From: an uncultured Candidatus Saccharibacteria bacterium
Lineage (GTDB): Bacteria; Patescibacteriota; Saccharimonadia; Saccharimonadales; 2-12-FULL-41-12
Direction: 5' to 3'
Length of the DNA stretch: 64,000 bases
Assembly (NCBI GenBank): GCA_947085855.1
Contig: CAMTYB010000002.1
Location: 23,278 to 87,277 of the forward strand
The notes under the pieces are model-generated. The model worked only from the letters and a program-made list of their open reading frames with translations, searched no databases and had not been told where the DNA came from. Positions 31,897 through 41,095 of this stretch are shown one piece after another. The position numbers and the translations under genes are program-made. The stretch's first letter is position 1; each line of letters opens with the position of its first letter.

Positions 31897-32349
31897 TTAA
31901 GGACGCTTGGCCAGAATCCGGCCGGCCTTCAGGCGCTTAATGCGCCGGCCAGTCTTGTGCTGCAGATAGCTCTTGCGCAGACGTTGCACAGTATTCAGGT
32001 CACCGTGACCAGCACTAGTCTGTCCTGCACTGCTGTTGGCTGCCAAGTCATGAGCAAAAGTTAGACGAGATAAGTCCTCTGCGCTAACAGCGTGCTTAAG
32101 ACGAGTACGTTGAGGTCGGCTCGCTACGGTGTTGTTCTGCCTCGCAAGTCGAGAATAAAAGACAAGGCGGGACTCATGATTTTTGGCTACACGCAACGGA
32201 CGACTGACGTCGATTACTTCGCTGAACTGCTTCGCGGGCTTAACGGTGACCGAGATAGGCGTGGCTGCTGAGCGAGACACGGTTCGCGTCTGAGGGCGTG
32301 AAAGTGGTGTGACTCCGTCGATAGTTTTTCTGATAGAGGGTCGATACAT
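31897..32349 (-). CDS. hypothetical highly basic, low-complexity protein
   Basis: 150 aa, rich in R/K/S/T. First gene of the minus-strand trio with the two paralogs. Confidence 0.5.
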   Translation of the reverse strand: MYRPSIRKTIDGVTPLSRPQTRTVSRSAATPISVTVKPAKQFSEVIDVSRPLRVAKNHESRLVFYSRLARQNNTVASRPQRTRLKHAVSAEDLSRLTFAHDLAANSSAGQTSAGHGDLNTVQRLRKSYLQHKTGRRIKRLKAGRILAKRP

Positions 32350-32445
32350 ATGTATAGTATATAATCTACTAATTTATTAGTAAACTCTATTAACACATTG
32401 TTGCGAATAATAAAATAATCTGCCCGAAGAGTATGGCTTATATGT

Positions 32446-32464
32446 ATTGCAATTATGTTGCAAT
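32446..32464. promoter_or_regulatory. candidate operator: two TTGCAAT half-sites in the divergent region upstream of the Fur-family gene
   Basis: ATTGCAAT (32446-32453, itself palindromic) and GTTGCAAT (32457-32464), 11 nt apart, 20 nt before ATG 32484. Confidence 0.35.
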
Positions 32465-32483
32465 TTGATTACTATGGCAATAT

Positions 32484-32921
32484 ATGACAGATGAGCAGCA
32501 AGAACAGTTGAAGGCAGTCTTGGCAAAAGGCAACCATCATCTTACGCAAGCCCGGCTAAAAACGTTTGAATTGCTGGTGCACCCAGAACCGCAGTCAATT
32601 CGTGAGATTTTGAGTAAAAATAATGGCGATATTGACCGAGTGACAATCTATCGCAATATTGATTTGTTTGAAAAGCTCGGCATTGTCCATCGACTCTATG
32701 TGGGCTGGAAGTTCAAACTGGAACTGTCCGATCAGTTTATACCGCACCACCACCACTTAAGTTGTTTGCAGTGCCAAAAAATTATTGATATAGAGGGCGA
32801 ACAAAGCATAGACGAGTTTATTAAAAAGGTATCAGCTCAGTTTAATTTCTTGCCGCAGCAACATCATTTTGAGGTTAGCGGTTACTGTCATGATTGCCAG
32901 GCTAAGGAAGGGTCGACATGA
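32484..32921 (+). CDS. Fur-family metalloregulator (Fur/Zur/PerR type)
   Basis: Winged-helix RVTIYRNIDLFEKLGIVHRL, then HHHHLSCLQCQKI and a C-terminal CHDC (two CxxC pairs). Confidence 0.8.
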   Translation: MTDEQQEQLKAVLAKGNHHLTQARLKTFELLVHPEPQSIREILSKNNGDIDRVTIYRNIDLFEKLGIVHRLYVGWKFKLELSDQFIPHHHHLSCLQCQKIIDIEGEQSIDEFIKKVSAQFNFLPQQHHFEVSGYCHDCQAKEGST

Positions 32922-33484
32922 GCTATCGACCAGAGTCAGTTTACGAGCCAACCTCGACGTATTGGATTAGTGCTAATACTGAACTCGATTATTTATTTGG
33001 GTCGGTTGAGGCCAAGCCCTCCAGGGAATATCCCGAAATTGAAGTGTTTAAGGAGCGCGTTTGGACTACCCGTGAGTCAGGAGAGGGGAGTGATAAGGTC
33101 TGCTTTTTTAGCGCCGAAGAGCGTCAACCGTGTAATCCAACCCTTGCTCTCGCCATAGCTAGTCTGATTGGCCACTCACTCATACCGTCCAATACAAGTA
33201 ATGACAGGTTTGCAGTGCATGTAATCAGGGTTAACCCGCCAGAAAATCATCAGATTAATATTCGTAACTACATATATACCCTCGGGCAACTACAGGTGAT
33301 TAACTCTTGGTACACCCAGGACGAAGCAGCTGATTATTTAAATGATGAAGCTGTACAGAGTCGCTTTTTGGCACAGCAACAGCCAGCTCTAGAAATGGGC
33401 ATCTATCGGCCAACCGATGAAGAATATATGGATTTTTTGACCGATCTTAACTCATTCCGTAGGGCGGATGATGTGATCGTTTAG
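32918..33484 (+). CDS. hypothetical protein, translationally coupled to the Fur-family gene
   Basis: ATGA overlap at 32918-32921. 188 aa, no motif recognised. Confidence 0.55.
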   Translation: MSYRPESVYEPTSTYWISANTELDYLFGSVEAKPSREYPEIEVFKERVWTTRESGEGSDKVCFFSAEERQPCNPTLALAIASLIGHSLIPSNTSNDRFAVHVIRVNPPENHQINIRNYIYTLGQLQVINSWYTQDEAADYLNDEAVQSRFLAQQQPALEMGIYRPTDEEYMDFLTDLNSFRRADDVIV

Positions 33485-33801
33485 TTAGTGGGAGAAGTAG
33501 TCTCAAAAGCTAATTCTATGGCTGCGCCACCGGTGCCTGGAATTGGTCTGCGTGGTTCACGGACGCAAGTTTCTGGTCCTGAGTCGTCTGGGTGGACCAA
33601 ACGATAGTGCGGAAAGCCGCTCTTATCAGTAGGTTCGCCATGCATATCAGTGACTTGCTCTAGTTTTGCCCCTTGAAGTTCTAATGGCAGGCCACGCAGG
33701 TGATTATTGTTCAATGTTTCAGGACTTGGTACACCTATTGTAATAGTGCTGCCCGATTCAAGCCGACGAGTTATTTTTGTCATAACCTTAATATATAGCA
33801 A
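33481..33801 (-). CDS. hypothetical protein
   Basis: 106-aa ORF (alternative ATG at 33783). No motif recognised. Confidence 0.45.
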   Translation of the reverse strand: MLYIKVMTKITRRLESGSTITIGVPSPETLNNNHLRGLPLELQGAKLEQVTDMHGEPTDKSGFPHYRLVHPDDSGPETCVREPRRPIPGTGGAAIELAFETTSPTN

Positions 33802-33881
33802 GTCATTTTCAAGTACAACTAAACAATATTCATTCAGCTAAACATAGCGCAGAGTTGTAAAATGTGATATAGCTATAGGAT

Positions 33882-34502
33882 ATGGAAGATGAAAGAGGTC
33901 CATGGGAGCAAAGGACGTATGACTTTGTAGAAGGTCGACCATCGCTTGGTGATGGCGAAGGCTTCTTTTTGGATATTGAGAATGATGTGCTTGGAGCGCC
34001 TACTACGCCTGGGGCTGATGAGCAGAATTTGGTTGACGCACTCGATAGAGTACCACTTGATGTAAATGAACAGATGGATCTAGAGGTCGGAATGGTAGAA
34101 GGTACTGCGCGGGGTATACTACTGACGTTGCAAAAAGCAGGCGTTCCGGAAGCGATATCCTTAAGCAGTAAGCTTGATGACGTCCTAGTTGAGTATCAGG
34201 ACAGACCAGCTTATTTGTTGCACTTTACACTGCTGAGCGTGCTTATGATTGAGGTGCATGATGCCAAGCGCACCGATGATCAAGAAATTATCAAGGCTGC
34301 CCAAGACGAATTTAATGTAGGACAGATAGTCGAGAGCCTAACAAGTGCTCGGCTGTCATTATTCCACTACGGACCATCGCCTAAGATGCACGATATGCTC
34401 AGTCAGCTCGAAATGAAGCTTGCTGAGATGTCGCTCAGCGATAACACGCTGGCTGTAAGCCTGCGACTAGTCGAAGAAATCCGGCAGGCCGCAGACGAAT
34501 AA
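33882..34502 (+). CDS. hypothetical acidic protein
   Basis: 206-aa ORF. No motif recognised. Confidence 0.5.
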   Translation: MEDERGPWEQRTYDFVEGRPSLGDGEGFFLDIENDVLGAPTTPGADEQNLVDALDRVPLDVNEQMDLEVGMVEGTARGILLTLQKAGVPEAISLSSKLDDVLVEYQDRPAYLLHFTLLSVLMIEVHDAKRTDDQEIIKAAQDEFNVGQIVESLTSARLSLFHYGPSPKMHDMLSQLEMKLAEMSLSDNTLAVSLRLVEEIRQAADE

Positions 34503-34509
34503 GCCAACG

Positions 34510-34929
34510 TTAAAACGTTAGTTCGGTGATACTCCACGGATTAGTTCGTAAGTCCGTAAAGCGAATCCACGTAGGTGTAATAATGAAATATCGATTATTC
34601 GGATTGTCTGAATAGGCTTTGGCATGGGGATTCTTTTGCCAGTAATTATCACGCACCACGTCTAGCTCGTCTTCTTTCAGTTCTCGAGCTGTGCCTTCAA
34701 GTTGAATGGTCTCAGGAGTAGTGCCGCCAATCGCAACCGCGACACGTGGGTTTGTCTGCAAGTTCTTATATTTCCGGGTGGTATTATCGGTACTGATTAA
34801 AAGTTCGAGCTCTTTAGTTTGGCCAAAGCCAACAATAGCTGCGCTCGGATTGCCCTCGGCAGTTACGGTAGAAACTACTGCCAGGCTATTATTGTTCATA
34901 AAATCATATAATTCTTGTTTGCTTTTCAT
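34510..34929 (-). CDS. pyridoxamine 5'-phosphate oxidase-family (FMN-binding split-barrel) protein
   Basis: 139 aa. LAVVSTVTAEGNPSAAIVGF...PRVAVAIG pattern typical of PNPOx-like proteins. Confidence 0.7.
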   Translation of the reverse strand: MKSKQELYDFMNNNSLAVVSTVTAEGNPSAAIVGFGQTKELELLISTDNTTRKYKNLQTNPRVAVAIGGTTPETIQLEGTARELKEDELDVVRDNYWQKNPHAKAYSDNPNNRYFIITPTWIRFTDLRTNPWSITELTF

Positions 34930-35025
34930 AGTTATAACTATAGCAAATACATATTTCGGGGTGTATGGTTGCGCGAGGTTACTACCCGTGCTTTAATGCC
35001 CAGAAGTAGAGTGAGAGGAAATCGC

Positions 35026-35454
35026 ATGAAAGACATTTTCCAGGAAATGATTGAGAAAGATGATTTCGCCAGCACTGTTGATCCGATATCAATGGCCTTG
35101 CAGCTCGATCGTGACCGTCAGGCTGACCAAGGATTATTTCAAGGAGATGCCGAATTTCGGGATAGCTCATTACGTGTTGTGTGTGGTATCGCTAATGTTG
35201 TCCTGGATCACCCGATGTGTTTTCGGGTTGATTTGCCTCAAGGCGGCCGGACTACCGTCGGTAATCCTGAGCCAGCCTTACCCAAGGACTTCTATGTTGC
35301 CTTAAAAGGCCTCGTTTTATTACGCGATGACGACATAAAAGGCCTGAGCCTCTATCGAGAAGGGGCAACCTATAAGGACTATCTGTCTCCGGCAGACGAA
35401 ATGTTACTCAGAAGCAGATTTCGAGATGGTGATAGCATAACGGCCTACATATAG
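35026..35454 (+). CDS. hypothetical protein
   Basis: ATG 35026 follows GAGAGGA at 35012-35018. The listed start 34915 overlaps the previous gene. Confidence 0.5.
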   Translation: MKDIFQEMIEKDDFASTVDPISMALQLDRDRQADQGLFQGDAEFRDSSLRVVCGIANVVLDHPMCFRVDLPQGGRTTVGNPEPALPKDFYVALKGLVLLRDDDIKGLSLYREGATYKDYLSPADEMLLRSRFRDGDSITAYI

Positions 35455-35478
35455 TCAGTATATGTCGTATTGAAAACT

Positions 35479-35838
35479 ATGGAAAAACATCGAATCTACA
35501 CCATGACCTTTGGCCGGGTTTACCCACTGTACATTACAAAGGCAGAGAAAAAGGGTCGCACCAAAGCTGAAGTCGATGAAATTATTTGTTGGCTGACTGG
35601 TTATAGTCAAAAGGAACTTGATAGTCAGATAGAAAAAGCAGTTAACTTTGAAGAGTTTTTTGCCGAAGCGCCCGAGCTGAATCCGGCGCGCAAGCTCATA
35701 ACTGGTGTGATTTGCGGGATCAGGGTAGAGGAAATCGAAGATCCTCTCATGCAAGAGGTTCGTTGCCTGGATAAACTGATTGATGAACTCGCCAAAGGCA
35801 AGGCCATGGACAAGATTTTGCGAAAATTGCCCGAGTAG
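35479..35838 (+). CDS. DUF2200 family protein
   Basis: [39 protein letters not shown] is the conserved DUF2200 N-terminal block. Confidence 0.75.
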   Translation: MEKHRIYTMTFGRVYPLYITKAEKKGRTKAEVDEIICWLTGYSQKELDSQIEKAVNFEEFFAEAPELNPARKLITGVICGIRVEEIEDPLMQEVRCLDKLIDELAKGKAMDKILRKLPE

Positions 35839-35868
35839 TTTCTGCGTGCTATAGTTCATAACTAATTT

Positions 35869-36474
35869 ATGAGTGAGATAGAGCCCTTTGTCGTCCGCGG
35901 TCATCATTTAAATCAGCTTGTTCGGTTTGAAAAAGGTGATCGATCTCCAGATGAGATGGCATCAAAAATAGCCGCACTGGTACGCAGGCGGAGCGGTGAA
36001 AGAGGTGATGACTACGCAACTGATGTACTGGGCGATACCGAAGAAAGTAGCAATCGATGTATAGAGGGCTGGAGTGCTTTCTTCAGTCGATACGCCGAAC
36101 TTTCGCCTGAGCATCCAGTGAAGATAACCATCACCGAGCCTGACGGAATCTGTAATAGCTGTGCCATTGGTGAGCACTGTATTAGAGGCACCCAATCTAC
36201 CCAAGCCCACATTAAATGGGCTTTACGTAACGACAGTGTACGGGCGCAACTATTAAGCGATGAAAAGGATGACATAGGGGCTACTCACAAGTTTTTAGTT
36301 ATTAGTGCCGCGCTCGCATTATCTCAGAAGTTCGACTTTACCGGTCAGGTAGAATCAACTTCAGAAGATACTTTACCTGCATGGGCACAAGATAGGCTTG
36401 GGATTGGGCCTCTTCTTGCGCCAGCGAGCACGGTCAAAACCGTGCTCAAACATTGGCAGACGAAGACTTTCTAG
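35869..36474 (+). CDS. DUF1284-like putative Fe-S/metal-binding protein
   Basis: VVRGHHL near the N-terminus and a DGICNSCAIGEHC cysteine cluster, as I recall for DUF1284. Not verified by search. Confidence 0.45.
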   Translation: MSEIEPFVVRGHHLNQLVRFEKGDRSPDEMASKIAALVRRRSGERGDDYATDVLGDTEESSNRCIEGWSAFFSRYAELSPEHPVKITITEPDGICNSCAIGEHCIRGTQSTQAHIKWALRNDSVRAQLLSDEKDDIGATHKFLVISAALALSQKFDFTGQVESTSEDTLPAWAQDRLGIGPLLAPASTVKTVLKHWQTKTF

Positions 36475-36478
36475 GCTG

Positions 36479-36886
36479 TTATTGGATGCTGCTACATCCC
36501 TCAGGTGGACAGTGGGCAAGGAGGTTTGTTATTTCCCCAAGTGTAGCTTCGATCGTAGCGTCCTCTTCCTCTAGATGAGATCCGGCGTTTTTAAGAAACT
36601 CGGGGTATTGATCACTGTCAAGAAAGCTGGCAATGCTCCTGCTGGCCGTAGCGGCAATTTCTTCTTCTGTTGCATGGGGTATCATGTGCCTCATTTGTTC
36701 GGCAAGCTGACTGTGCATATTTGCAGTCAGGACATCTTTATCGCTTGATGTGGTAATAAATTGCTTGTTCTCTTTAGCAATAGAAAGCGTCGAAGCCAAT
36801 GCACCGAGTCGTGGGCACTGCTTGCATTTGTCTGGAATAGTAATCCCGGACTCACCAAGTGTTACTGCCATTTCGAAACTATCCAT
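36479..36886 (-). CDS. hypothetical protein (CxxC ... HCPPEGC)
   Basis: 135-aa ORF overlapping the upstream gene by 8 nt. Confidence 0.5.
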   Translation of the reverse strand: MDSFEMAVTLGESGITIPDKCKQCPRLGALASTLSIAKENKQFITTSSDKDVLTANMHSQLAEQMRHMIPHATEEEIAATASRSIASFLDSDQYPEFLKNAGSHLEEEDATIEATLGEITNLLAHCPPEGCSSIQ

Positions 36887-37358
36887 CTATGTCCTTGAAA
36901 TCTAATTCTACAAGTAACTTTCCGTTAGAATCAGCTACCTTGACCCAATAACGAGTAAAATAACCAAAGCGAGGACGCACGACGAGCGACTTACTCTCAA
37001 TGTCTAAGCCGACGACTTTGCCCTGAACCTTTTTGCGGTGAGCCCATATATCACCGGGAATAAATATTTGTCCGGTTAATGGATCTAAGCGACTGCGCGA
37101 ACCAGGGCCACTATCTACCACATTCAACGAATTGTACATGCCGTAGCGAGTAATAGGCCGAAGGCCTTCGCTATCACGGTCAAGTTCTCGAACTGCTACC
37201 TTCTTGCCAGCTAGGGCTTGTGAGGCCTCATGTACTTCGCTCTGTACGGTAGCTTGGGCAATTAATGCATCCATTGCGAGCCGGTCACGCTCTTCAACGA
37301 CATACTCTGCGTAGGGTGCATGAAGTCGTTCAAAAATCTGCTCTTCAGGTGTAGACAT
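36879..37358 (-). CDS. hypothetical protein
   Basis: ORF listed to 37409. ATG 37358 (MSTPEEQIFERL) is preferred. Confidence 0.5.
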   Translation of the reverse strand: MSTPEEQIFERLHAPYAEYVVEERDRLAMDALIAQATVQSEVHEASQALAGKKVAVRELDRDSEGLRPITRYGMYNSLNVVDSGPGSRSRLDPLTGQIFIPGDIWAHRKKVQGKVVGLDIESKSLVVRPRFGYFTRYWVKVADSNGKLLVELDFKDIDG

Positions 37359-37609
37359 GACTACATCATAAAACAAAATTGCACTACATGTAAGGGGATG
37401 TTCGAGCATCTCGTATAGTCTAGTAATCTAGAGATACAAGAGGAATAACTCGACTTATTCGCTGAACTCAGAATCATAAGCAGCAATAACGTCGTCGGAG
37501 CTCACGCCTAATGATAGAGCAGTATAGCCAGAACCATCAGGACATAGATAGTTACCCACAGTAGACCCTCAATGATAAGAGGAGTAAATTTATTCCATTA
37601 CTCGGCGGA

Positions 37610-38164
37610 CTACTTGCAATTAAGCAGTTGTTGGAAAATCTTCGTGGATATTGCTTTTGGTAAAGCGTCAGATCGAGGTGTAGACTGGGTACCTAGATCG
37701 CTTCCAAAGTCAATCATTACAACGTCCGTTCCTCGAGACCGTATGTCGTGTAGGCTTAATGCATTAAATCCAAGTTTATAAATTGACTGCACGGTACTAT
37801 TGAGACTGTCCTTTAATTTCTCTTGGGTGTCCATGGTCTGTGGATTCTGGTAGGCCTCCGAAATTGTAAAAGGTATGAACTCCTCTACAAGAACGGCTCC
37901 TTCTACTGTGTGCAAGACAGGTGTAGCCAGGCCCGCTTCTCTAATCACTTCTCTACGTTCAAGCCATTCTTTCATAGTTTCGAGTGGTGCAAACTTTACG
38001 CACGCTTTTGCAATTAAATGGCTTTCGTCGTGACCTGCCAAAAAGTCTGTGCTGTATGTCTCCGCCCCAGAGCGATGCCAGTCGTTAATTACAGAAAAAG
38101 GGCCAGGAAATTTCTCGCCAAGCTGTTCAAGGACTATGTTATCGAGTTGTGGCGCTGGATTCAT
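37610..38164 (-). CDS. mini protein-kinase-like fold protein (RIO/Kdo/APH-like)
   Basis: 184 aa. C-terminal LSLHDIRSRGTDVVMIDFGSDLG resembles the HxD...N / IDFG catalytic and Mg-binding loops of kinase-like phosphotransferases. Confidence 0.4.
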   Translation of the reverse strand: MNPAPQLDNIVLEQLGEKFPGPFSVINDWHRSGAETYSTDFLAGHDESHLIAKACVKFAPLETMKEWLERREVIREAGLATPVLHTVEGAVLVEEFIPFTISEAYQNPQTMDTQEKLKDSLNSTVQSIYKLGFNALSLHDIRSRGTDVVMIDFGSDLGTQSTPRSDALPKAISTKIFQQLLNCK

Positions 38165-38191
38165 GTCAGATAACCCATTACGCTAAGGTAT

Positions 38192-38809
38192 TTAGCTTGA
38201 TCGTTCTGTATCGCGGATACTTTGCCTAATAATGTCGAGCTCTTTGAATACTGCAGCTGGCTCGTCGCTACCATGAACTAGGTTGTTGTATTTATTAACA
38301 CCAAAAGCGCCTCGTATAGTTGCAGGATCTCGAATTTCATCAATATTCCAATGTCCAAGATGACCACGCCAACGTGTAATAGCATCACCATATGGTGAGT
38401 ATAGTAATAAGGCGGTTGTTGGGGCGGATGCCATAAAATCACGAAACTCTAACCATCTAGACGCATATGTCGTGGGATCAACTGGTTTTTCTTTCTCCAT
38501 GCTAGCCTGGGGACCACCGCCATAAAATGAATCAACAGCATTGTGGGTAAATGTAAACGAGAACTTCGATATTACGGCTAAGCCAAAAATGGACTCTTCA
38601 ATATGGTCTGTCGCCTCCAAGTCCTGTAGGCCTAGAAGATTGGCGTCTGGCCCTACATGCGGACGAATCATCGCAAGTGTCACGTTGCCTTTTGTAATCT
38701 CTTCATGTAACTCTGGGTTTTCAAGAAGCTCTAATACAGGTACAAACTCCGCAGCGACTGGCTGACTGATCGAGCGGTCAAGCTCAGGATTATAAAACGG
38801 ACTAATCAT
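38192..38809 (-). CDS. nucleoside diphosphate kinase-family protein (long, divergent)
   Basis: VTLAMIRPH, ATIRGAFG and the active-site block NNLVHGSDEP. 205 aa against about 140-150 for canonical NDK. Confidence 0.65.
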   Translation of the reverse strand: MISPFYNPELDRSISQPVAAEFVPVLELLENPELHEEITKGNVTLAMIRPHVGPDANLLGLQDLEATDHIEESIFGLAVISKFSFTFTHNAVDSFYGGGPQASMEKEKPVDPTTYASRWLEFRDFMASAPTTALLLYSPYGDAITRWRGHLGHWNIDEIRDPATIRGAFGVNKYNNLVHGSDEPAAVFKELDIIRQSIRDTERSS

Positions 38810-38922
38810 AGACGTAACTCCTCAAATGTTGAACGTATTGCTACCTAATATAGTAGTACCCTAACATAATATTGTGTTACGTGCTAGTATTAGCTTATTA
38901 CTAGTTTTTTGAGAGGTATACA

Positions 38923-39600
38923 GTGTTACATAGCACTATATATGAAGCACTTATGGACACCTATATATCGCAGCCCCGAGTTGCGATCTTGATGAGCGGT
39001 CAAGGGTCTAACGCTGAAGCTATTCTTAACCACGAACCATTGAGGGGTTTGTACGATATTGCATTGATTGCTAGTGATAAGGTCGACTCCAATGCTCAAG
39101 ATATCGCAAAGAGAAACGACCTAGACACGATGATTATGCCAGCAGGCCATTTTAGGGGCATTGCAGCGCGTGAAGCCTATTTTCGTGAATTAGGTGAAGC
39201 ACTCAAAGGTAGGGGTATCGATGCTGTTTTTTACGCCGGCTTTATGAAGGTGGCTTCTGCCATGTTTTGCCAGAACTTCCCTGGGGTAAATATTCATCCT
39301 TCAAATCTTACGATTGTCGATGGAGATGGTTTACCGAAGTACCGGGGTATGGGAGCTTTGTCGGAAATGCGCTCAGATCTTGGCTATGTTCAGTCAACTG
39401 TGCACGTCGTAGAAGAGAAGGTTGATACTGGCGCAAGTCTGGCTCTAACTCCTGAATTAATGATTAGCAACGAGCTCAGTGATGCGCAGGCGCATCATGC
39501 CTTGAAATCACTTGAACATACTACATACCCGCGCACGCTCCAACTGATCGCAGAAGGTGTCCTTAATGCAAAAAATGTTCCATTACGGTTTGAGGGTTAA
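38923..39600 (+). CDS. phosphoribosylglycinamide formyltransferase-family protein (PurN-like)
   Basis: RVAILMSGQGSNAEAIL, GFMKV, VNIHPSNL (Asn/His pair) and VHVVEEKVDTG (Asp) line up with E. coli PurN. There is an insertion after the NIHPS motif. GTG 38923 follows GAGAGG. Confidence 0.7.
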   Translation: MLHSTIYEALMDTYISQPRVAILMSGQGSNAEAILNHEPLRGLYDIALIASDKVDSNAQDIAKRNDLDTMIMPAGHFRGIAAREAYFRELGEALKGRGIDAVFYAGFMKVASAMFCQNFPGVNIHPSNLTIVDGDGLPKYRGMGALSEMRSDLGYVQSTVHVVEEKVDTGASLALTPELMISNELSDAQAHHALKSLEHTTYPRTLQLIAEGVLNAKNVPLRFEG

Positions 39601-39603
39601 TAA

Positions 39604-40413
39604 ATGAGAAACTCAGGATTAATCAGACATGAGGGTCGCCAGCTGATTGCGCTGGATGGCTTATGGCAATCAGTCAATAAAGCACCCACAGAGGAGAAAT
39701 TGGCGACTGCTTTAGAGTACGCGGGGTGTGAATTTCATGACGAAGACCGCCGATTCGTTCAAAATTACACTGTATCGCTCGCGGGTCTTGGCGGTGTGCC
39801 AGTGGCCCACCCGGGTGAGAGTGCCGAGGTAATAGGAGGGCGTGTAGACAATTTTGTGCTCGGGTCACGCGCTATGATGGCTAGCTCGGCTGCGTTTTCA
39901 TATTTAAATAACAGTGAAAAGCCTATGGATGATCTTTATGAAACGGTGACAAATCTCGGACATTTTTCGATTGCCCATACAGTATCGGTTAACCTCTTGA
40001 TCGCTGGTATTACACAGGCAACTGAGCTCGAGCTAAGCCTACAGAGAGACCTCGTACATATTAGCAAAGTAACCAACACTCGCACATCTATTCAAAACCA
40101 ACCACCGATGGTTGTACGCGACCCGACGCATCTTCCAGAAGCGCACGCGGCTTATCGTGCAGTAGTCAAAGCCTCGCAAGCCATACGCGAGATTAACAGT
40201 AGTCCAGATGCACTTGAAGTTGCTAACGGCTATTTCCCGCTCAACAAGGCATCGATTCTACTGATAAGTGGTGATTTGTCTGATCTAAAAAAATTTACAA
40301 AGCTTGCAGAAGACACAGGGAAGGAAGTAGAGTTAAGAGAAGTTGCGCAGCAAGTTAGTAACCAACTATCACTAGCATGGCCAGAAATATTTAAAGGAGA
40401 AGCAACGCTATGA
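39604..40413 (+). CDS. ThyX-fold-like protein with degenerate catalytic motif
   Basis: GHFSIAHTVSVNLLIAGITQATELELSLQRDLVHISKVTNTRT parallels the ThyX block GH.S..EH..F.I.G.SR...Q..RHR..S...S.RY, but RHR is QRD and S.RY is absent. The C-terminal FPLN..L..F..L....EVELREVA...L....PEIF also parallels ThyX. Confidence 0.35.
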   Translation: MRNSGLIRHEGRQLIALDGLWQSVNKAPTEEKLATALEYAGCEFHDEDRRFVQNYTVSLAGLGGVPVAHPGESAEVIGGRVDNFVLGSRAMMASSAAFSYLNNSEKPMDDLYETVTNLGHFSIAHTVSVNLLIAGITQATELELSLQRDLVHISKVTNTRTSIQNQPPMVVRDPTHLPEAHAAYRAVVKASQAIREINSSPDALEVANGYFPLNKASILLISGDLSDLKKFTKLAEDTGKEVELREVAQQVSNQLSLAWPEIFKGEATL

Positions 40414-41084
40414 CACAGGAAGAAAACGGAGAAACTTTACGAAGAAATGAGAGAGAATACATGACAGATTATTTTGCAGATAGGTTACTGTTGGGGCTGC
40501 CGGACGCCGACCCAGTGCAGGCAGCATTTGACGCCCAGGATATATCGCGCGCAGTTGGCTTTGACTTTAAAGACTTTCAGGATACGGTGCCTCGTGCTCT
40601 TGATGAGTTGCGGGAAACTCGGGAAGCATTTCAAGAAGGTCCAGCAGGCCGTGAGCATTTTGGTGACGAGATTGCCGATATCATGTTCTCCCTCGTTAAT
40701 CTTACTCGTCATGCTGGCAATACTGAGCTTGGCAACCTAGACGAATATGCCGACGATGCTAATAGTGCAAATACCACGTTTGAACTTGTAGATCAGATTG
40801 AGCTAGGCATAAATAAAGTTGCGGCAATTCCCGTCGAACAATCAGATGAGATTAAAGCCGCCATGCAAAGCTTTTTCTCAGAGGGCATGGCGCGAGCAAT
40901 TAAACTGGCCCATATCAACAAATTTGATCCGGAAACTATTTTGAAGTCTAACGTTGAGAAATACTTACTACGATGTAAGGCTATCGAGACTCTGGCCGCC
41001 CAAGACGGCAAGCAGTGGGCTGATCTTGCTCGCGAAGGTGAAATCGTTGATTATTGGAAGCGAGCCAAGACTATTCTTTCGTAG
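40410..41084 (+). CDS. MazG-family nucleoside triphosphate pyrophosphohydrolase
   Basis: LDELRETREAF...EHFGDEIADIMFSLVNLTRHAG (EExxE/D-type MazG helix pair). ATGA overlap with the upstream gene. Confidence 0.7.
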   Translation: MTQEENGETLRRNEREYMTDYFADRLLLGLPDADPVQAAFDAQDISRAVGFDFKDFQDTVPRALDELRETREAFQEGPAGREHFGDEIADIMFSLVNLTRHAGNTELGNLDEYADDANSANTTFELVDQIELGINKVAAIPVEQSDEIKAAMQSFFSEGMARAIKLAHINKFDPETILKSNVEKYLLRCKAIETLAAQDGKQWADLAREGEIVDYWKRAKTILS

Positions 41085-41095
41085 GGTATTTTCTT

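Noticed and set aside
35455-35907. 150-aa minus-strand ORF
   Set aside because: It is antisense to the well-recognisable DUF2200 gene (35479..35838) and has no motif of its own.
37410-37609. Small ORFs (34 aa VGNYLCPDGSG..., 21 aa hydrophobic) in the 200-bp gap between minus-strand genes
   Set aside because: They are too short, have weak SDs and no recognisable motif. They are left unannotated.
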